Shown: piece after piece, positions 17,607 through 26,901 of the stretch
Layout of the letters: the number at the start of each line of letters is the position of its first letter
Position numbering within the stretch: position 1 is the stretch's first letter
Source of the DNA: Acidimicrobiia bacterium
Lineage (GTDB): Bacteria; Actinomycetota; Acidimicrobiia; Spongiisociales; SHLN01
Direction: 5' to 3'
DNA length: 26,925 bases
NCBI GenBank assembly: GCA_030623545.1
Contig: JAUXLW010000001.1
Span: 1 to 26,925, forward strand
Notes under the pieces: generated by a model
What the model was told of the DNA's origin: nothing
Databases searched by the model: none
The model's input: the letters and a program-made list of their open reading frames with translations, nothing else
Translations under genes and position numbers: made by a program

Positions 17607-17663
17607 AGGCCAACTCCCTGTTGCCGACCCTCAGCGTATCTCACAAGCCCGGCAGATTGGCAG

Positions 17664-17700
17664 TGGCCGGTTGGCCCTTTCCCTTCAGGGCCAAAGACCT
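17664..17700. promoter_or_regulatory. Two tandem putative DosR-box-like pseudo-palindromes
   Basis: TGGCC-GGTT-GGCCC (17664-17677) and AGGGC-CAAA-GACCT (17687-17700) resemble GGGAC-N4-GTCCC and lie between the divergent regulator and kinase. Confidence 0.4.
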
Positions 17701-17726
17701 GGAAGGACGGCGTTAGCCTGCCGATA

Positions 17727-18836
17727 ATGACGGGACTCTCTCCAGAACGTGTGGCTGAACTGGTCGAAGCGGCCGCCGCTGTAGCAGGAGCCGCCGAGCT
17801 CACAGACACCCTCGAGACAATCGTGGAAACAGCCATGGAACTGACCAACGCACGTTACGGCGCATTGGGAGTTCTTGGCTCGCACGGGTTTGTCAGCGAG
17901 TTCATTCACCGGGGGATGGACAAGGAGACCGTCTCCGCCATCGGCCAGCTTCCGGCAGGGCGAGGCCTGCTCGGAACCATCACCAGAACCGAAGGTCCCG
18001 TGCGGGTCGATCAAATCTCCGACCATGAGGACACGGCGGGTTTTCCTCCCCATCATCCAGTCATGGAGAGCTTCCTCGGCATGCCAATCCGGGTTGGTGA
18101 TGAGGTATTCGGCAACCTCTATTTGACCGAGAAGGATGGGGGTTTCACACAGGAAGATCAGGAGCTCGTGCAGGCTCTCGCCACGATCAGCGGGTCGGCC
18201 TTAGCTACTGCCAGACGCCAGCGCCGCCTGACCTCCGTTGCTGTCGTGGAGGATCGCGAGCGGATTGCCCGTGACCTGCACGACGCCATCATCCAGGATC
18301 TGTTCGCGGTGGGTCTCGGCCTCGAGGCGACGGCAAAGCTAGAGGGCGCCGGCGATGTGCGAGACCAACTGGAGGACGCTGCCGGCCGCCTCGACGAGAC
18401 CATTACTTCCCTCAGACGATTTATCTTTGATCTACGTCCCCCGGTGTGGGGTCAACGCCGGCTGCGGGTAGAGATGGGTGACCTCCTGGCATCACTCTCA
18501 GAGCCCCATGACGTCGCGATGGAGGTCTCCTATAACGGCGAGGTGGATGATCTGCCGGACCGGCTGATAGACGAAATCCTCCAATGCACCGGTGAGTCGG
18601 TGAGTAACGCCCTGCGCCACGCCTCTGCCAGTCACATCAGCGTGGCTCTGAGCCGAACGTCACATCAACTCGAGATGGTGACTATCGACGACGGGGTGGG
18701 GTTCGACGTCGACTCGGCCCACGAGGGGATGGGTCTCAATAACTTGCGACGACGGGCCGCCGACCTCGGAGGGCACGCCGAGATAACGTCTCAACCAGGC
18801 TCCGGGACCACAGTTGTATTGCAGCTACCTCTGTAG
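17727..18836 (+). CDS. GAF-domain sensor histidine kinase, DosS/DevS-like (single GAF)
   Basis: GAF motif GFPPHHPVMESFLGMP...FGNLYLTEK, HisKA_3 H-box ERIARDLHD, ATPase motifs SNALRH, DDGVGF, GMGLNN. Confidence 0.9.
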   Translation: MTGLSPERVAELVEAAAAVAGAAELTDTLETIVETAMELTNARYGALGVLGSHGFVSEFIHRGMDKETVSAIGQLPAGRGLLGTITRTEGPVRVDQISDHEDTAGFPPHHPVMESFLGMPIRVGDEVFGNLYLTEKDGGFTQEDQELVQALATISGSALATARRQRRLTSVAVVEDRERIARDLHDAIIQDLFAVGLGLEATAKLEGAGDVRDQLEDAAGRLDETITSLRRFIFDLRPPVWGQRRLRVEMGDLLASLSEPHDVAMEVSYNGEVDDLPDRLIDEILQCTGESVSNALRHASASHISVALSRTSHQLEMVTIDDGVGFDVDSAHEGMGLNNLRRRAADLGGHAEITSQPGSGTTVVLQLPL

Positions 18837-19001
18837 CTAGTGCTCTGCCGTGCAAATAATGTGCATGTATCGCCGAGCAATCGGCGTCATCTGGCAAGGA
18901 TCGACGACGAAGACGCACTTCACCCGGGCGTCGAGGAGAAGGACGTAGTCCGGGGCGTCGAGGGCCGGCGAGACCTGGGCAGAATTTGTGCGGCGGTCCA
19001 C
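18837..19001 (-). CDS. Putative small protein (54 aa), hypothetical
   Basis: Translated by hand: (V/M)DRRTNSAQVSPALDAPDYVLLLDARVKCVFVVDPCQMTPIARRYMHIICTAEH. Its stop directly abuts the kinase stop. Start uncertain. Confidence 0.45.
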   Translation of the reverse strand: MDRRTNSAQVSPALDAPDYVLLLDARVKCVFVVDPCQMTPIARRYMHIICTAEH

Positions 19002-19062
19002 TAGTGGGAGACATGTGGCCTGTCGTAGAGATAGCGCCGTGTCTATTTGTGCGACTAGTGCC

Positions 19063-19530
19063 CTAGAGCCGGCCCGGCTTGGTCGTCGGTGCGAACCCGG
19101 ACCCCGAAGCCCGGCCGGTCATCTCGACAATAGGCACCTCTACGACAACTTCTTCGGATGCCAGGGGGCTTGGCCTCGAAAATGCCAGCACACCTCCAAA
19201 CACTTCCCGATACTTGAGGAGTAGCAATCCAATCACATCGGCCTCCAGGCCGGGATCTTCGACAACGCGACCAGAGCCCCACGCAAGCACGCTCTCCCAG
19301 TCACCTTCGTCATTGGAATAACGGCTCACCTCAATGCACACCCGGCTCCCATCCTGGATCGCCGTGAGCCTGCGGCCGGGGCCGGTGCGGAAATAGATGG
19401 CATCTTCGTAATGGACGAACGAGATTGCGGTCACATAAGGGTCTTCCTCGGAGATGACGCCCATGTGGGCAACGGGTTCCTCGGCCAGGAGGCGGACACA
19501 CTGAGCATGAGTGGTTGGTTCCACAGTCAA
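19063..19530 (-). CDS. Pyridoxamine 5'-phosphate oxidase-like flavin-binding protein (NimA-like)
   Basis: LLAEEPVAHMG, PYVTAISF, IYFRTGPGRR, VCIEV, WESVLAWG. Start may be 19524. Confidence 0.85.
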   Translation of the reverse strand: MTVEPTTHAQCVRLLAEEPVAHMGVISEEDPYVTAISFVHYEDAIYFRTGPGRRLTAIQDGSRVCIEVSRYSNDEGDWESVLAWGSGRVVEDPGLEADVIGLLLLKYREVFGGVLAFSRPSPLASEEVVVEVPIVEMTGRASGSGFAPTTKPGRL

Positions 19531-19625
19531 ACCTTGCTTAACGGTTCCTATTCGAGCCTAGAGGCAAACGACCTTTCGCGGCAGCGACGCTCTGGGCGAA
19601 AGGCAGGCGCCGAAGGACCCATGAG

Positions 19626-20483
19626 CTAGTCGTCCCAGTTCTCTGCCAGGATCCGGTGGACCTTCTTCGACTTCCAATATTTACTGTGCGCCTTAGTGGG
19701 CCGATCGCTGTGATCCGGGTACAGATCGTGAACCCGGTCGGTCCGGTATACGCCGGCGGCGGGGAAAGAGAGGATGTCGTGGCGGTCCCAGACGTTGAGC
19801 CAGAGGGGCCGACGTCCGTCGTGGGCGGTTTGATCGAACCCGATTACTGCAGGATCTAGCCACGGACCCGGCCCGGCTGCGATCTCTTCGACCAGGTCTG
19901 CCGATCGAACCACGAGCGGCACGAACGGAGATCCCAATGTAACCAGGCGGCGAATGCGCCAGTTCTCAGCCGCTGCCTCCCAGTCGCAGTCGGGGGCATA
20001 TTGGTGACGACGCTCGTTGCGTAAGCCGCTGAACAGGAAGAACAAGAAATCATGACCTATGAGAGCTCCGGCGCTGTGGCCAATCAGAGTCAAATCCACC
20101 GGCTCATCCGTCGGAAAGCGGCGAAGGATCGACGTCCAGATCACGCCCCGAATCCGCTCCTTGCCTCCATCGTCCAGGTAGTAGGCGATGTCGGACCATC
20201 CGTAAAAGACGAGGTCCCGCAATGGGGCCATCAAGCGCCGGGTCCAGCGGTCACGTTGACGGGCATCCCCTCGCAGCACTTCCAGCTGACTCTGCGCTCG
20301 CGCCAATAGGGCACTACTGCCTGCGCTGGGCGTGGGCCACCCCCACTCAACGCTCACGCTGTCCTCGACGGCGGGAATGTCGATCCCGCGCCTATCCAGC
20401 CCATCGCGCAACGCCCGGTATTCCCCGGAATGGCTCCCGTAGCGCCGGCCAACGATTCCGTGGATGTAGACAACGGCGTGCAC
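19626..20483 (-). CDS. Alpha/beta hydrolase-fold protein, hypothetical
   Basis: VYIHG oxyanion motif, GHSAG nucleophile elbow, VTLGSP, NVWDRHDIL (Asp), AHSKYW (His). Confidence 0.75.
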   Translation of the reverse strand: MHAVVYIHGIVGRRYGSHSGEYRALRDGLDRRGIDIPAVEDSVSVEWGWPTPSAGSSALLARAQSQLEVLRGDARQRDRWTRRLMAPLRDLVFYGWSDIAYYLDDGGKERIRGVIWTSILRRFPTDEPVDLTLIGHSAGALIGHDFLFFLFSGLRNERRHQYAPDCDWEAAAENWRIRRLVTLGSPFVPLVVRSADLVEEIAAGPGPWLDPAVIGFDQTAHDGRRPLWLNVWDRHDILSFPAAGVYRTDRVHDLYPDHSDRPTKAHSKYWKSKKVHRILAENWDD

Positions 20484-20550
20484 GTTGCCAAGCTACACCG
20501 AGCCTGCTCTCCTCAATGTGTACCTACGCAGTTAGCTACCCTGTTTAGCG

Positions 20551-21399
20551 ATGGATCCAATCCGGAGATTCTCCGAGCCAAGCCTGCGGGCCCCGGTAGC
20601 AGTGATGGCCTTCGAAGGCTGGAACGACGCCAGCGAGGCGGCCTCGGGCACGGTTGCCTATTTGATCGGTCAATACGACGCAGAGCCGTTTGCAATCGTC
20701 GATCCCGAGACTTTTATCAACTTCGAAGAAACCCGTCCGACGATCGTGGTCGAGGACGGTCGAGCCCGGGAGGTCTCCTGGCCGGCAACCAGGTTGTATG
20801 CAGCGGAGATGGCCGATCGCGATCACGATCTGGTCGTCGTCGTCGGGAGTGAGCCCCAGCTGAGGTGGCAGGGCTTCGCCCAGGTCATTACCGACTTGTT
20901 GCGCGACCTGGGGGTGAAGCAGGTGGTGTTGCTAGGAGCATTTCTCGCTCAGACCCCACACACGAGCCCGGTTCCGGTGATGGGAACGGCTGATGACCCA
21001 CAGGTTTTAGTCGAGCTAGGAGTCCGGGGCGCTAACTACGAGGGGCCGACAGGAATCGTTGGTGTTCTCGGGCCCATCTTGCGCCAGGAAGGCTTCGACG
21101 TAATGAGCTTCTGGGCGGCGACGCCTCATTATCTCGGTACTAACGCCAATCCCAAGGCCATGCTGGCGCTTCTGGAGAAGACCGCCAAAGTCCTCGATCT
21201 TTCTGTCGACGCTTCCGAGCTGGCAACGGTCTCCGGGGACTTCGAAAGCCGCGTCAACGCCGCCATGAGCGTCTCCACCGAATTCACTTCCTACGTCACA
21301 CGGCTCGAGGAGGCCGCCGAGGAGCCCACGACCCAAATCAGCCCCTCCGACGCGGCCGAACTGGTCAGCGAGGTCGAAGACTTCCTCAAAGAGATCTAA
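20551..21399 (+). CDS. PAC2 family (proteasome assembly chaperone-like) protein
   Basis: AFEGWNDASEAAS, GSEPQLRW, LGAFLAQTPHT, YEGPTGIVG, WAATPHY, NPKAMLALL. Confidence 0.9.
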   Translation: MDPIRRFSEPSLRAPVAVMAFEGWNDASEAASGTVAYLIGQYDAEPFAIVDPETFINFEETRPTIVVEDGRAREVSWPATRLYAAEMADRDHDLVVVVGSEPQLRWQGFAQVITDLLRDLGVKQVVLLGAFLAQTPHTSPVPVMGTADDPQVLVELGVRGANYEGPTGIVGVLGPILRQEGFDVMSFWAATPHYLGTNANPKAMLALLEKTAKVLDLSVDASELATVSGDFESRVNAAMSVSTEFTSYVTRLEEAAEEPTTQISPSDAAELVSEVEDFLKEI

Positions 21400-21416
21400 G
21401 TACCGACCGGCCTCCT

Positions 21417-23588
21417 CTAGGAGAAGCGACGCAGGCGCAGGCTGTTGGCAACCACCGACACGCTCGAAAACGCCATAGCCAGGGCGGCGATGCTGGGATC
21501 CAACCGGCCAGAAGCTGCCAGCGGGATGGCGGCCGCGTTATAGAAGAAGGCCCAGAACAGGTTCTGATTAATCGTGCGATGGGTTCGCCTCGCCAAACGA
21601 ATGGCCGTGACGACGAGCCCGGGTTGACCCGACATCAAAACGACATGGCCGGCTTCGATGGCGATATCTGTGCCAGAGCCGACGGCCATACCCAGGTCCG
21701 CTTGAGTCAAGGCCGGTGCATCGTTGACGCCGTCACCTACAAAGGCCACCACCTCACCACCCTCCTGAAGGCGACTGACGGCAGTCGCTTTGGCTTCCGG
21801 CTTGACCTGATACATCACGCGCCTGATGCCCACCTCCCGAGCAACCGACTCGGCGGTCACCGCGTTATCGCCTGTCACCATCACCAGGTCGACTCCCATG
21901 GCGCGCAACTCGGACATCACAATTGCGGCATTCGGTCGGGGAGCATCAACAAGCGCTATCGCCCCGCGAGCCTCTCCGCCCCAGACAGCGATGAACGATG
22001 TTCTCCCCTTCATCTCGATGTCGGCGACCCAGGCGCGGACCCGATCTGGTGTTTCCACTCCAAGAGAGTCCATCAGCTCGAGATTGCCCACGACCATGGC
22101 CTTGCCGTTGACCGCACCGCGGAGACCTCCACCCGGCAGATTCTCTACTTCGGTCGGCGCAGTCAGAGTGAGATCCATTTCTTCAGCAGCCAGAGTGACG
22201 GCTCTCGCTACCGGGTGGCCACTGGCCGACTCGAGGGACGCCACATCTCTCAAAAAGGAGTCGTGGTCCGCAGCCGTCTCGATGACATCGACGGTCATCC
22301 GTCCGGTGGTAATCGTTCCCGTTTTGTCGAACGCCACGGTGTCGATGTCTCGAGTTCGCTCGAACACCTCGGCCGACTGGAACATCACGCCAAGCTCAGC
22401 CCCCCGGCCCGATCCCACCATGATCGCGGTCGGCGTGGCCAGCCCGAGCGCACATGGACAGGCGATGATCAGCACCGCGACCGCGTTGCGCAGCGCCGTC
22501 TCCACCTCCCCGTTGATTGCCAGCCAGAACGCACCGGTGATGAAGGCAATGACGATCACCACGGGAACAAAAACGCTCGACACCTTGTCGGCGAGCCGCT
22601 GAACCGGTGCCTTGCTCGCCTGAGCGGCTTCCACGACGTGAGCTATCCGCGCGAGAGCGGTGTCGGCGCCTACGGCCCGGGCTTCCACCGCAATCCGACC
22701 CTCGTGATTCACGGTGGCCCCGTAGACAACATCGCCCGGTCCCCGATCAACCGGCGCCGCCTCTCCGGTCAGGAGGCTCTCATCCACGGAGCTTCGACCG
22801 GCATGGACAACACCGTCGGTCGGGATCTTCTCCCCCGGGTTCACCACCATGATGTCCCCGGGACGCACCGACTCGATCGGAATCATGGTCTCTACACCGT
22901 TGCGGACAACGCGGGCCTGCTTGGCGCCCAGTTCGAGCAACCGGCTTATGGCCTGGGAGGCGCTCCCCTTGGCCCTGGCCTCGAAAAACCTCCCCAACAA
23001 GATGAACGAGACAATCAGGGCCGCGGTCTCGAAAAACACCTTCTCTTCGGCGAATACTGCCCAAACCGAGTAGCCGTAGGCAGCCAGAGTGCCCATCGAC
23101 ACAAGCGTGTCCATTGAAGTGTCGAACAGCCGGGCCCGTTTCAGAGCGACCCTATGGAATTGCCAGCCGAAGACGAACACAACCGGCGTGGCCAGGGCCC
23201 ACATCGCCACTTTGGCCGCCGTACCCCCATTGCCGAACCAGGCCACCAGCAAGAGCGGGGCGGTGAAAACTGCGGCCAACGCCACGTTGCGCTGCTGGAA
23301 TCTCACAACCGCGTCGTACTTTTCCGTGGGCGTTTCCCTGGCTTCACCCTCAACTATTGGAGTTAGCCGATAACCGAGCTTCTCTATCGCTGATTCGAGA
23401 GCCGGCACATCCCCGGAAGAAGCAACTTGGACAACTGCACCCTGTCCCGCGTAGTTGACCACCGCCGACGTAACCCCATCCTGACGTTGCAACACCCGCT
23501 CGATACGAACCGCACAAGACGCGCAGGTCATCCCGTCGATATCGAATGCGACTTCAACGGCTTCATCTCGAGCGGGAGCCTCGATCAT
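21417..23588 (-). CDS. copA: Cu(I)-translocating P1B-1 ATPase
   Basis: N-terminal GMTCASC, TGE (LTGEA), [29 protein letters not shown]7 YN and TM8 MAFSS. Confidence 0.95.
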   Translation of the reverse strand: MIEAPARDEAVEVAFDIDGMTCASCAVRIERVLQRQDGVTSAVVNYAGQGAVVQVASSGDVPALESAIEKLGYRLTPIVEGEARETPTEKYDAVVRFQQRNVALAAVFTAPLLLVAWFGNGGTAAKVAMWALATPVVFVFGWQFHRVALKRARLFDTSMDTLVSMGTLAAYGYSVWAVFAEEKVFFETAALIVSFILLGRFFEARAKGSASQAISRLLELGAKQARVVRNGVETMIPIESVRPGDIMVVNPGEKIPTDGVVHAGRSSVDESLLTGEAAPVDRGPGDVVYGATVNHEGRIAVEARAVGADTALARIAHVVEAAQASKAPVQRLADKVSSVFVPVVIVIAFITGAFWLAINGEVETALRNAVAVLIIACPCALGLATPTAIMVGSGRGAELGVMFQSAEVFERTRDIDTVAFDKTGTITTGRMTVDVIETAADHDSFLRDVASLESASGHPVARAVTLAAEEMDLTLTAPTEVENLPGGGLRGAVNGKAMVVGNLELMDSLGVETPDRVRAWVADIEMKGRTSFIAVWGGEARGAIALVDAPRPNAAIVMSELRAMGVDLVMVTGDNAVTAESVAREVGIRRVMYQVKPEAKATAVSRLQEGGEVVAFVGDGVNDAPALTQADLGMAVGSGTDIAIEAGHVVLMSGQPGLVVTAIRLARRTHRTINQNLFWAFFYNAAAIPLAASGRLDPSIAALAMAFSSVSVVANSLRLRRFS

Positions 23589-23794
23589 TCGGCTACTTCG
23601 TAGCCTTGTTCCTCGATGGCATCGACAATTGTCTCCAAATCCACCTCGGCGGGTTGAAAGCTCAGCGTCACCGTCTTCGAGGGAATGTCAACCTCTGACG
23701 AACTGACGCCCGCAAGGGCCTGCGTCGCCGACTCAATGGAGGTCTTGCAGTGGTCACACGAGATATCGGGAACCACCAGCTTCGTAGTGTTCAT
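23585..23794 (-). CDS. copZ: Copper chaperone (HMA domain)
   Basis: DISCDHC motif, terminal EQGY, 4-nt overlap with copA. Confidence 0.92.
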   Translation of the reverse strand: MNTTKLVVPDISCDHCKTSIESATQALAGVSSSEVDIPSKTVTLSFQPAEVDLETIVDAIEEQGYEVAE

Positions 23795-23800
23795 GAGAGA

Positions 23801-23842
23801 AGCATATCGCTAAACCGGGCAACGCCCCTCCGCCCGTAGACT
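23801..23842. promoter_or_regulatory. Back-to-back leaderless promoters for copZA (TATGCT, minus, 23801-23806) and cbs-metB (TAGACT, plus, 23837-23842)
   Basis: Each TANNNT hexamer lies exactly 6 nt before its ATG, and neither gene has an SD sequence. Confidence 0.6.
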
Positions 23843-23848
23843 CGGCAA

Positions 23849-24808
23849 ATGGACGTAAAGGAGAGCATTGTTGATGCCATCGGCGGTACTCCGTTAGTCC
23901 GTCTATCCAGATTGCATCCCGGTGGGAACCTGGTTGCCAAGGTGGAGTTCGTCAACCCCGGGGGCTCTATCAAAGACCGCATCGGGTTCACGATGATCGA
24001 GGCCGCCGAAAGGGATGGGCTCCTGGAACCCGGTGGAACCATCGTTGAGCCAACGAGCGGCAACACGGGCGTCGGGCTGGCGATGGCAGCTGCGGTCAAG
24101 GGTTATCGCCTCATCTGCGTCATGCCGGACAAGATGAGCCAGGAAAAAATCGACGGGCTCCGGGCTTACGGAGCAGAAGTCCATGTGGCCCCGACAGACG
24201 TGGCAGCCGAAGACCCCCGCTCCTATTACTCCGTCTCGGCCCGGCTGGTTGAAGAAACGCCCGGCGCTTTCAGCCCCAACCAGTACACCAATGAGGCGAA
24301 CCCGCAGAGCCACTACGACACCACCGGCCCCGAGCTATGGGACCAAACGGACGGGGCCATAGACGTACTGGTTGTCGGCGTGGGTACGGGAGGGACCGTG
24401 ACGGGAACGGGTAGGTATCTCAAAGAAATGAAACCAGAACTCACTGTGGTAGGCGTCGACCCCGTGGGCTCCATCTTCACGGCCGACTCAGATGAGGAGG
24501 TCCACCAGTACCTAACAGAAGGTGTGGGTGAAGATTTCTGGCCGGAGACCTTCGACCCCGCTGTGGTCGATAAGTTTGTGCAGGTTACCGATGCAGACGC
24601 TTTCAGCATGGTCCGGCAACTAGCTTCGACGGAGGGGGTCCTGGTTGGCCCCTCCGGAGGAATGGCGGTGGTGGCAGCCCGGCAGGTCGCCAGGGAGCGA
24701 CCGGAAGATCTGGTCGTGGTCATCATCCCCGACTCGGGTCGCAATTATGTCTCCAAAGTATTCAATGACGAATGGATGAGCGCCCACGGGCTTCTCGAGA
24801 AGAGCTGA
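23849..24808 (+). CDS. cbs: Cystathionine beta-synthase / cysteine synthase family, without CBS domains
   Basis: NPGGSIKDR (PLP lysine), EPTSGNTG, DKMSQEK, GVGTGGT, PDSGRNYVSKVFNDEWM; coupled to the next gene by TGATG. Confidence 0.85.
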   Translation: MDVKESIVDAIGGTPLVRLSRLHPGGNLVAKVEFVNPGGSIKDRIGFTMIEAAERDGLLEPGGTIVEPTSGNTGVGLAMAAAVKGYRLICVMPDKMSQEKIDGLRAYGAEVHVAPTDVAAEDPRSYYSVSARLVEETPGAFSPNQYTNEANPQSHYDTTGPELWDQTDGAIDVLVVGVGTGGTVTGTGRYLKEMKPELTVVGVDPVGSIFTADSDEEVHQYLTEGVGEDFWPETFDPAVVDKFVQVTDADAFSMVRQLASTEGVLVGPSGGMAVVAARQVARERPEDLVVVIIPDSGRNYVSKVFNDEWMSAHGLLEKS

Positions 24809-25947
24809 TGCCACGCAAATTTGAAACAATCGCCATTCACGCTGGCCAGGAGCCGGATCCGACCACGGGTGCCGTTGTGACCCCCATCTACGCCACCTCC
24901 ACTTATGTGCAGGAAGCCCCCGGCGTTTTCACACACGACTACTCCCGGACCGTCAATCCAACCCGGACCGCTCTGGAAACCGCCCTCTCCGCCCTCGAGG
25001 GAGCCGACGACGGCGGGGCAGTTGCCACATCATCTGGCATGGCTGCGGCGGCTCTAATCGGCTACTTGCTGAAACCCGGCGATCACATCGTGTTACCTAA
25101 CGACACTTACGGAGGCACTTTTCGATTCTTCGCCAGGGTCCTCGGTGAGCAGGGGATCGAGTTGACGGTGGTTGATCCCACCGAGTCGGCCGAAGTGGCC
25201 GCCGCCATGCGCGACACAACGCGGATCGTGTGGGTGGAAACGCCATCCAACCCGCTGCTACGGATAGTCGACATTGCCGCTGTTGCCGGCATCGCCCACT
25301 CCGGCAACAGCCTCCTGGTGGTCGACAACACCTTTGCAACCTCCTACTTGCAGCAGCCGCTTTCACTTGGCGCCGACCTTTCGCTCTATTCGACTACCAA
25401 GTACATCGGGGGTCATAGCGACATTGTCGGCGGCGCCATCGTCACCAACGACGCCGAGTTGTTTGCCCGCCTGCGCTTTCTCCAGAACTCGGCGGGCCCG
25501 GTGCCCGGGCCGTTCGACGCTTATCTCACGCTGCGGGGCCTGAAGACCCTGGCGGTGCGCATGGACCGCCACTGCGCCAACGCCCGCCAGATCGCCGAGT
25601 TTCTCACCGAGCATCCAGCAGTGGGCGAAGTGTTTTTCCCCGGCCTTCCCACCCACCCGCAGCACGATCTGGCCCGAAGCCAAATGACAGACTTTGGGGG
25701 GATGGTTTCGTTTCGTACCCGGGCGGGGCCCGACGTTGCCGAGAAGGTGTCGGCCGGGACCGAGTTGTTCTTCCTGGCAGAGAGCCTGGGCGGTGTGGAG
25801 TCATTACTCGAAATACCGGCCCTGATGACCCACATGTCGGTGGCGGGGACCGACCTCGAGGTACCGGACGACCTGATCCGATTGTCGGTTGGCATCGAAC
25901 ACATCGACGACTTGATCGCCGACCTCGACCAGGCCCTCAGCGGCTGA
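24808..25947 (+). CDS. metB: Cystathionine gamma-synthase/gamma-lyase (Cys/Met metabolism PLP family)
   Basis: Start MPRKFETIAIHAGQEPD, YSRTVNPT, ETPSNP, VDNTFA, STTKYIGGHSD (PLP lysine), AESLGGVESL, RLSVGIE. Synthase versus lyase cannot be resolved from sequence alone. Confidence 0.9.
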   Translation: MPRKFETIAIHAGQEPDPTTGAVVTPIYATSTYVQEAPGVFTHDYSRTVNPTRTALETALSALEGADDGGAVATSSGMAAAALIGYLLKPGDHIVLPNDTYGGTFRFFARVLGEQGIELTVVDPTESAEVAAAMRDTTRIVWVETPSNPLLRIVDIAAVAGIAHSGNSLLVVDNTFATSYLQQPLSLGADLSLYSTTKYIGGHSDIVGGAIVTNDAELFARLRFLQNSAGPVPGPFDAYLTLRGLKTLAVRMDRHCANARQIAEFLTEHPAVGEVFFPGLPTHPQHDLARSQMTDFGGMVSFRTRAGPDVAEKVSAGTELFFLAESLGGVESLLEIPALMTHMSVAGTDLEVPDDLIRLSVGIEHIDDLIADLDQALSG

Positions 25948-26022
25948 TCGAGCCCTCGCAGATTCCTACCTGCCCGGTCCAGACACTCACTCCGCGGGAG
26001 AGGTGATTGGATCAACGGCCTC

Positions 26023-26901
26023 TCACCCGGCAAAGAACTGGGGCAGCAGGACATCCTGTCCGAAGATCAGCAAGCCACCCACCGTCAAACTGATGGCAGC
26101 CGTAACCGCTCCCAGCACGGCATAAACCCGTTGCCTGCGACCGGCAGCCTCGAATCCGAACGCGCTGATCAGAGTGATGGCGGAGTTCGCCGCCAACAAG
26201 CCGACCAGGAAGAAAAGGAGGACCGCGATGCCGGCGGCCGTGCCACCGGCGTTGGCTGCGCCGAGGAAGATCAAGACCTGAGTGGGGGTTTCGGCGCCGA
26301 TGCCGTGGAGCACGCCAATTCCGATTGCGCTGGTGGCTGTGTAATCGGCGAACGGGTCTTCGTCCAGGCGGTGAGTATGACGGTGACGATGGGTCGGCAC
26401 ACGCATGCCGGACGCGGACTCCGGCGTTGGGCCGGCCCCGGCGTGGTGAAACGATGGCACCGTGGCGTGTTCGTGCTCGTGTTCAATCTGGCCTTCGCGA
26501 GCTGATCCAGCCCAGGCCCGAATACGAACATAACCGCGGCGAACAGCAGACAGGACGAGCATCCAGCGGCTGCGCATGCGGAACTGGCCTCTGTGGCGAA
26601 CGAGAGAATAAACGATATAGGCACCGAGCAGAACCAGGGTCCACCCGACGATTCGGCCCATGATGGCGTCCGCCCATTCGGGCAAGCTGCGCCCGAGCGC
26701 AATGGCGACGATCCCAAGCACCAGAACCATGCCGGCATGTCCCAGCGCATAGAGCGTGGCGAGATAGGCTCGCCGCCGGGGCCGCTCCTGACTTGCAGAG
26801 ATGTCGGCGATAGCCGCCAGGTGATCCCAATCGATCCCGTGACGAAGCCCCAGCGCCAGCGCGCTGATCAGGAGACCCAACCCGAAATCCTGCCCATCCA
26901 A
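26023..26901 (-). CDS. NiCoT/UreH-like nickel/cobalt transporter
   Basis: RHGIDWDHLAAI (variant of RHxxDADH), His-rich loop, GVLHGIGAET; GGAGG RBS before TTG start. Confidence 0.85.
   Translation of the reverse strand: MDGQDFGLGLLISALALGLRHGIDWDHLAAIADISASQERPRRRAYLATLYALGHAGMVLVLGIVAIALGRSLPEWADAIMGRIVGWTLVLLGAYIVYSLVRHRGQFRMRSRWMLVLSAVRRGYVRIRAWAGSAREGQIEHEHEHATVPSFHHAGAGPTPESASGMRVPTHRHRHTHRLDEDPFADYTATSAIGIGVLHGIGAETPTQVLIFLGAANAGGTAAGIAVLLFFLVGLLAANSAITLISAFGFEAAGRRQRVYAVLGAVTAAISLTVGGLLIFGQDVLLPQFFAG

Noticed and set aside
21579-23117. 512-aa plus-strand ORF (also 21826-22602)
   Set aside because: Antisense shadow of copA. Long shadow ORFs are expected in GC-rich DNA, and it has no recognisable motifs.
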